13,992 nucleotides of DNA from Azolla caroliniana. Its lineage: Eukaryota > Plantae > Polypodiophyta. This document shows positions 1-13,992 of this stretch, in pieces. The notes beneath the pieces are model-generated. The model saw only the letters and a program-made list of their open reading frames with translations, searched no databases and was not told the DNA's origin. Made by a program: the position numbers and the translations under genes. Position 1 is the first letter of the stretch, and the number at the start of each line of letters is the position of its first letter. The stretch spans positions 1 to 13,992 of the forward strand of contig JBHGNT010000908.1 of NCBI GenBank assembly GCA_043228905.1. The letters run 5' to 3'.

Positions 1-147
1 AGGGTTGTATTTTTTGCTCGATTAGATATCCTTGATGAAGAGGAACTAACTTTTAGTTATGGTGAGAGCATTGATAGGTCTGATGCTCACCCATGCTTTT
101 GTGGAACTTCTTCTTGTAAAGGCGTTCTTCCATCAGAAGACACATAA
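1..147 (+). CDS. SUVR3: C-terminal end (partial, runs in from outside the window) of a SET-domain histone-lysine N-methyltransferase, SUVR3-like
   Basis: Frame 1 reads RVVFFARLDILDEEELTFSYGESIDRSDAHPCFCGTSSCKGVLPSEDT* (TAA 145-147). It contains the SET C-terminal ELTFSY motif, a post-SET CxCxxxxC (CFCGTSSC) and a G-x-LP-x-E-x-T terminus like plant SUVR3. Not in the ORF track because there is no ATG in the window. Confidence 0.85.
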   Translation, partial: RVVFFARLDILDEEELTFSYGESIDRSDAHPCFCGTSSCKGVLPSEDT

Positions 148-430
148 ACCTTTGTATATGAATCTGTTGGATGTAAAACTATTAATGCCTGAAATGATGT
201 AAAATCACTTGCTTCCAATGTCAAATAGCCACAAAAAGGTTCTTTTGATTTTTGAGAAGACCATATGTAAACATGATTAGGAACTGGTATTTGCATGATT
301 GGATTAGTAGATGAAAAGACTTGCCTTTTTCTTTTAATCAATGGGGAGTAGAAAACCAATAACCCAACCATCTCATAACGATACATACATTTTACTCTAA
401 TTACATCAATGTTTTGTTTTCAAGTTCTTG

Positions 431-616
431 ATAATAAAGATTTAATGCAATTAGTTTGATCGTCTAAACAACTCGTGTCATTCTGGATGACTAATAATAA
501 AGATTTAATGCAATTAGTTTGACCATTTAAACAATTCCTGTCATATTGGATGACTGATATTTGTGCGATTCATTTAAACAACTCTTGTTATTACTTGATA
601 ACTGATATTTTTGTGC
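431..616. repeat. Degenerate 63-bp tandem duplication plus a partial third copy, downstream of the SET gene stop
   Basis: 431-492 (ataataaagatttaatgcaattagtttgatcgtctaaacaactcgtgtcattctggatgact) recurs at 494-555 with several substitutions. 571-616 (catttaaacaactcttgtta...actgatatttttgtgc) repeats 524-566. Confidence 0.85.
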
Positions 617-1336
617 TGCAGTGTTGCGAGATTAATTTGATAATCTGTTTGTAGGCTGTAGCATAAATAACTCATGTTAATGGAGGAATGATATCGGTTT
701 ATCATCATAATTCCGAACAAATGAATAGAGAGCAGCACAATTGATGGTGTAGATGGATGGACATAGAATAGGGAGGTCAGTCTTAAGAGGAGAATAAACA
801 AATCTTGTTTTATGCTGGAGGATTTTACTTCCAATCCTCCTCCCGTTTCAAAACACATCAATGGATGTCCAGATGTGTGCTACTTATGTCCTTGTAGCTT
901 GTTACATTTAGCTTAGTTACATCAAATTTGAAGGTTGAAAAGTTTGGTGTTTTTGACATCCAACTTAAAGACTGAAGGCTCTTGATCACTCCAGATTGCA
1001 AGCGAGGATGGAGATGGTTGAATGAAGGTCAATATAGTTGTAAAATGAGATGGTCACATATTTCCATGCTCCAATCATAGCCTTATGAACTAATTCTAAA
1101 GTCTAGTTTTAGTGGTAGGATAAGCAGGAACCTATTTATACTAGGACATGGACATCCAAAGTTTTACTATTGAGGCAAAGCTCTCATATAGATGGATTTG
1201 TAGAAAGGTTGATTTCCACAATATCAATCACATTGGTAATGTTAGTGTGGCATCCCCATGTTCCTGTTGCTGCATGATCCTTCTTTGCCCCTCCTTCTCG
1301 GCATTGTTCTTGTTCATATATGCTATCGTTCCTTTC

Positions 1337-1420
1337 TGCCTCTGCACATGGTGTTGAGGCCATCGGTCATCGCCTCTACACATTGCCACCATCATTCCTT
1401 TGTGCATGCCTCTGCACATG
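1337..1420. repeat. Degenerate ~35-bp-period repeat with core GCCTCTRCACAT
   Basis: tgcctctgcacatg at 1337-1350 and 1407-1420, and cgcctctacacattg at 1371-1385. Confidence 0.55.
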
Positions 1421-1473
1421 CTATTGTTTGCTTATGGCTTCTTTGTGTTCGATGGTATATAATTCATGCATGA

Positions 1474-1501
1474 ATATATATATATATATATACATATACA
1501 T
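1474..1501. repeat. (AT)n microsatellite
   Basis: atatatatatatatatatacatatacat, directly after the palindrome attcatgcatgaat (1462-1475). Confidence 0.9.
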
Positions 1502-3388
1502 GCTCAATAGACCGCCAATTTGGTTTCACTAATTATTCTGCATTCGATAACGGCTGTGCCTTCCCATCTTTAGTGTATAATTGTTCTGTGCTCCTCCATG
1601 TGGTCATCGCTTAATCATGCAAGTAATACTCATTATTTCCCCCCTTTTTATCTCATTCTTCTTTTAACTAGCTAGGTACGGTTTATCAATGGAAAGTGAC
1701 CATGCTTGTTTATCACTAGCCATCATAAAATCCTAAAGGGACATCAAGAAATTAGAAAGGATATATTAGACACCTCAACTAAAGACATTGGAAGTATTGG
1801 TTGTGATGCAAATGTAAACAACAATGAAAAAGTAAGAAGAAAAGAAACTATAGTCAAAAATATCGTAAAGTATTTCAATTGTCTGACCAAAAAACATTGG
1901 TTTAAATAAGGAGAGACTAGTGGGCACTAAATGGTTATTTAAAAGGAGTTCAAAACATTAATCAACAATGACTACATTAATCTCTATGTAAACCATCTTA
2001 CACACCCAAGCTTTCTGGGTCTATGTTCTTAATTTTGGGCACTATCCACAGCACTAGTTAACTATCATTCATGCTTTTATAGATCTTGGTGTTGGGATGA
2101 TACGATGCTTCCACCCAATATATCCACTTGTACCAAAATCAATGTTTATCCGTTCCTTTCAACTCTTTGTACATCATCAACTGTATTTCCTTTTTGCTCT
2201 ATGAGATAAACTAAAGGCCTAGTTCAACAAAAAACTAGTTTGAGCCCCTTCTTTATATTTATAGGTCGCAATTTCCTACTTGGCTGATTTACCCCAATTA
2301 ACTGGAAAAGCCAGCTAACACAGTGATGATTTCGAGATGAAAGCCATCCTTGTGGTCCGTGGACTCATCCTGAAATTCTATAACTTCAAGCTACTGTCGC
2401 ACAAACCAATTCACTCAGTTCATGCCGGAATCTAATCACCTTAATGGCATACGACTTTAAGAACATACTATTTTAAGAAATGGTCTCATATGTAAAGCAA
2501 ACTAAGAACTGTTATGCTATATATACACAACACGTCTCAACCTCCAACTATTCCTCAACAAACCAGACAGTAAACCAACAACGGTCTGCAAATAAAAGTT
2601 GTTGAGGCAAAACACCTAGATCATGGGTTCCATTCTATGTTTATTTTTTATGTAACTTCGTTTCTTCATTCGAAAGTCATCTTTGACACCATTTTATCCA
2701 ACCGATTCAGTTCTACGAATATGGGAACAGCTAAACATCAATATAAAACATTAACTGATTCAATCATTGCGTGCACAAGAATGATCTGGCATTGATGTCA
2801 AACCTTCAAAGCAAGTTGTGTTCAAATTCAATGCACAGAAAAAAGAGGAAGCTCATTATTTAAAAGTACAAGTTTCAATCATACATAGATCCTTGGTGTG
2901 TTTCTTTATATAGACTACAGAATAAACATATGGAAGTTTTTTGAGGATGTGCTCAATATATATATTATGTTGATATAAATTAGATATACGGACTTGTGAT
3001 CATGTGCTTACTAACTCAACATGTTTTCTTGCTTCTAAGACTACTCAAAGATATTACAATCAACATCTCTTTTCAAGTAATCTATGAAAAGTTTTGTTCA
3101 TTTTATTCTCAAGAAATTCCCACTAAACATAGAAGCACGAACTTCATGCACTCTGGCAAGTGGTATAGTAGCCAAAGCTGAGCAAATAAATGCCATGTTA
3201 TTTTCCTGCAAAAATGTAAATGGCATATTCTCTTTCTTATGATATAAAACGTAAACTGAATATGAGCAAAATGTTTGATGTCTTAAGACTCCAAGGAACT
3301 TAACTAGACTCCATGCTGATTTTCTTCAAGGCCTGCTTGCTTAGACACACTAAAGAAACCCATAAATATAATCTGAGCATGTAAACTA

Positions 3389-3728
3389 TGGTTAATGTGA
3401 ATTTTATGACAGGTCTGTAGTATACAAAATTTGCAATAAACTTAGGAGAGAATACGTTACTTTAATTAATTTTGATAGTATCATATCAGTGTGTAAACAA
3501 GTCGAATTATGTAAAAATAAATCATTATGACACGTTAAATGAGGATTTCCATTATTCTGGTTAATGTGAATTTTATGACAGGTCTGTAGTATACAAAATT
3601 TGCAATAAACTTAGGAGAGAATACGTTACTTTAATTAATTTTGATAGTATCATATCAGTGTGTAAACAAGTCGAATTATGTAAAAATAAATCATTATGAC
3701 ACGTTAAATGAGGATTTCCATTATTCTG
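3389..3728. repeat. Perfect 169-bp tandem duplication in the presumed 3' UTR/3' flank of the malic-enzyme gene
   Basis: 3389-3557 and 3558-3726 are identical by eye, followed by TG (3727-3728), matching the first two bases of the unit. It ends about 45 nt from the ME stop codon. Confidence 0.95.
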
Positions 3729-3772
3729 TCTCGTACCTGCTCATAAACAGAAGTTGATCATCATTCTAAAGA

Positions 3773-13992
<10,220 letters not shown>

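Noticed and set aside
2323-2373. Possible C/D snoRNA (GTGATGA at 2323, CTGA at 2370)
   Set aside because: Only about 51 nt between boxes, no terminal stem and no guide sequence I can recognise.
87-3181. Short ORFs in the track (87-386, 574-861, 1148-1532, 1706-1909, 2996-3181)
   Set aside because: No recognisable domains, low-complexity or microsatellite-derived translations, and the first is antisense to the SET gene end; lengths are compatible with chance.

Overview
AT-rich plant nuclear DNA; most ORFs in the supplied track are spurious. The window holds two convergent genes. (1) At 1-147 (+) is the last 48 codons of a SET/post-SET histone methyltransferase resembling SUVR3. (2) At 3773 to beyond 13992 (-) are the last 15 exons (399 codons, all GT-AG, no stops or frameshifts) of a malic-enzyme gene with NADP-ME-type exon boundaries. 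Its protein is atypical: several near-invariant active-site and nucleotide-binding motifs are altered (FNDD>FNGD, DIQGT>DIQAV, GAGEAG>GAGETS, LSNPT>LSHPT, ASGSPF>ACASHS, NN>NS), while other positions look closer to non-angiosperm MEs. It is a candidate pseudoenzyme or neofunctionalised, possibly deep-branching paralogue. Its 4.3-kb intron contains an internally deleted Ty1/copia element (8247-11209, minus strand, TSD CTTCT, PBS, PPT). A 635-bp solo LTR (10263-10897, TSD CAGAG, plus strand) carrying four DRE/CRT cores sits inside its 5' LTR, and foreign filler lies at its gag/RT deletion junction. Also present: a perfect 169-bp tandem duplication just after the ME stop codon, older degenerate duplications and microsatellites. 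Comparisons with canonical proteins are from memory, not from a search.
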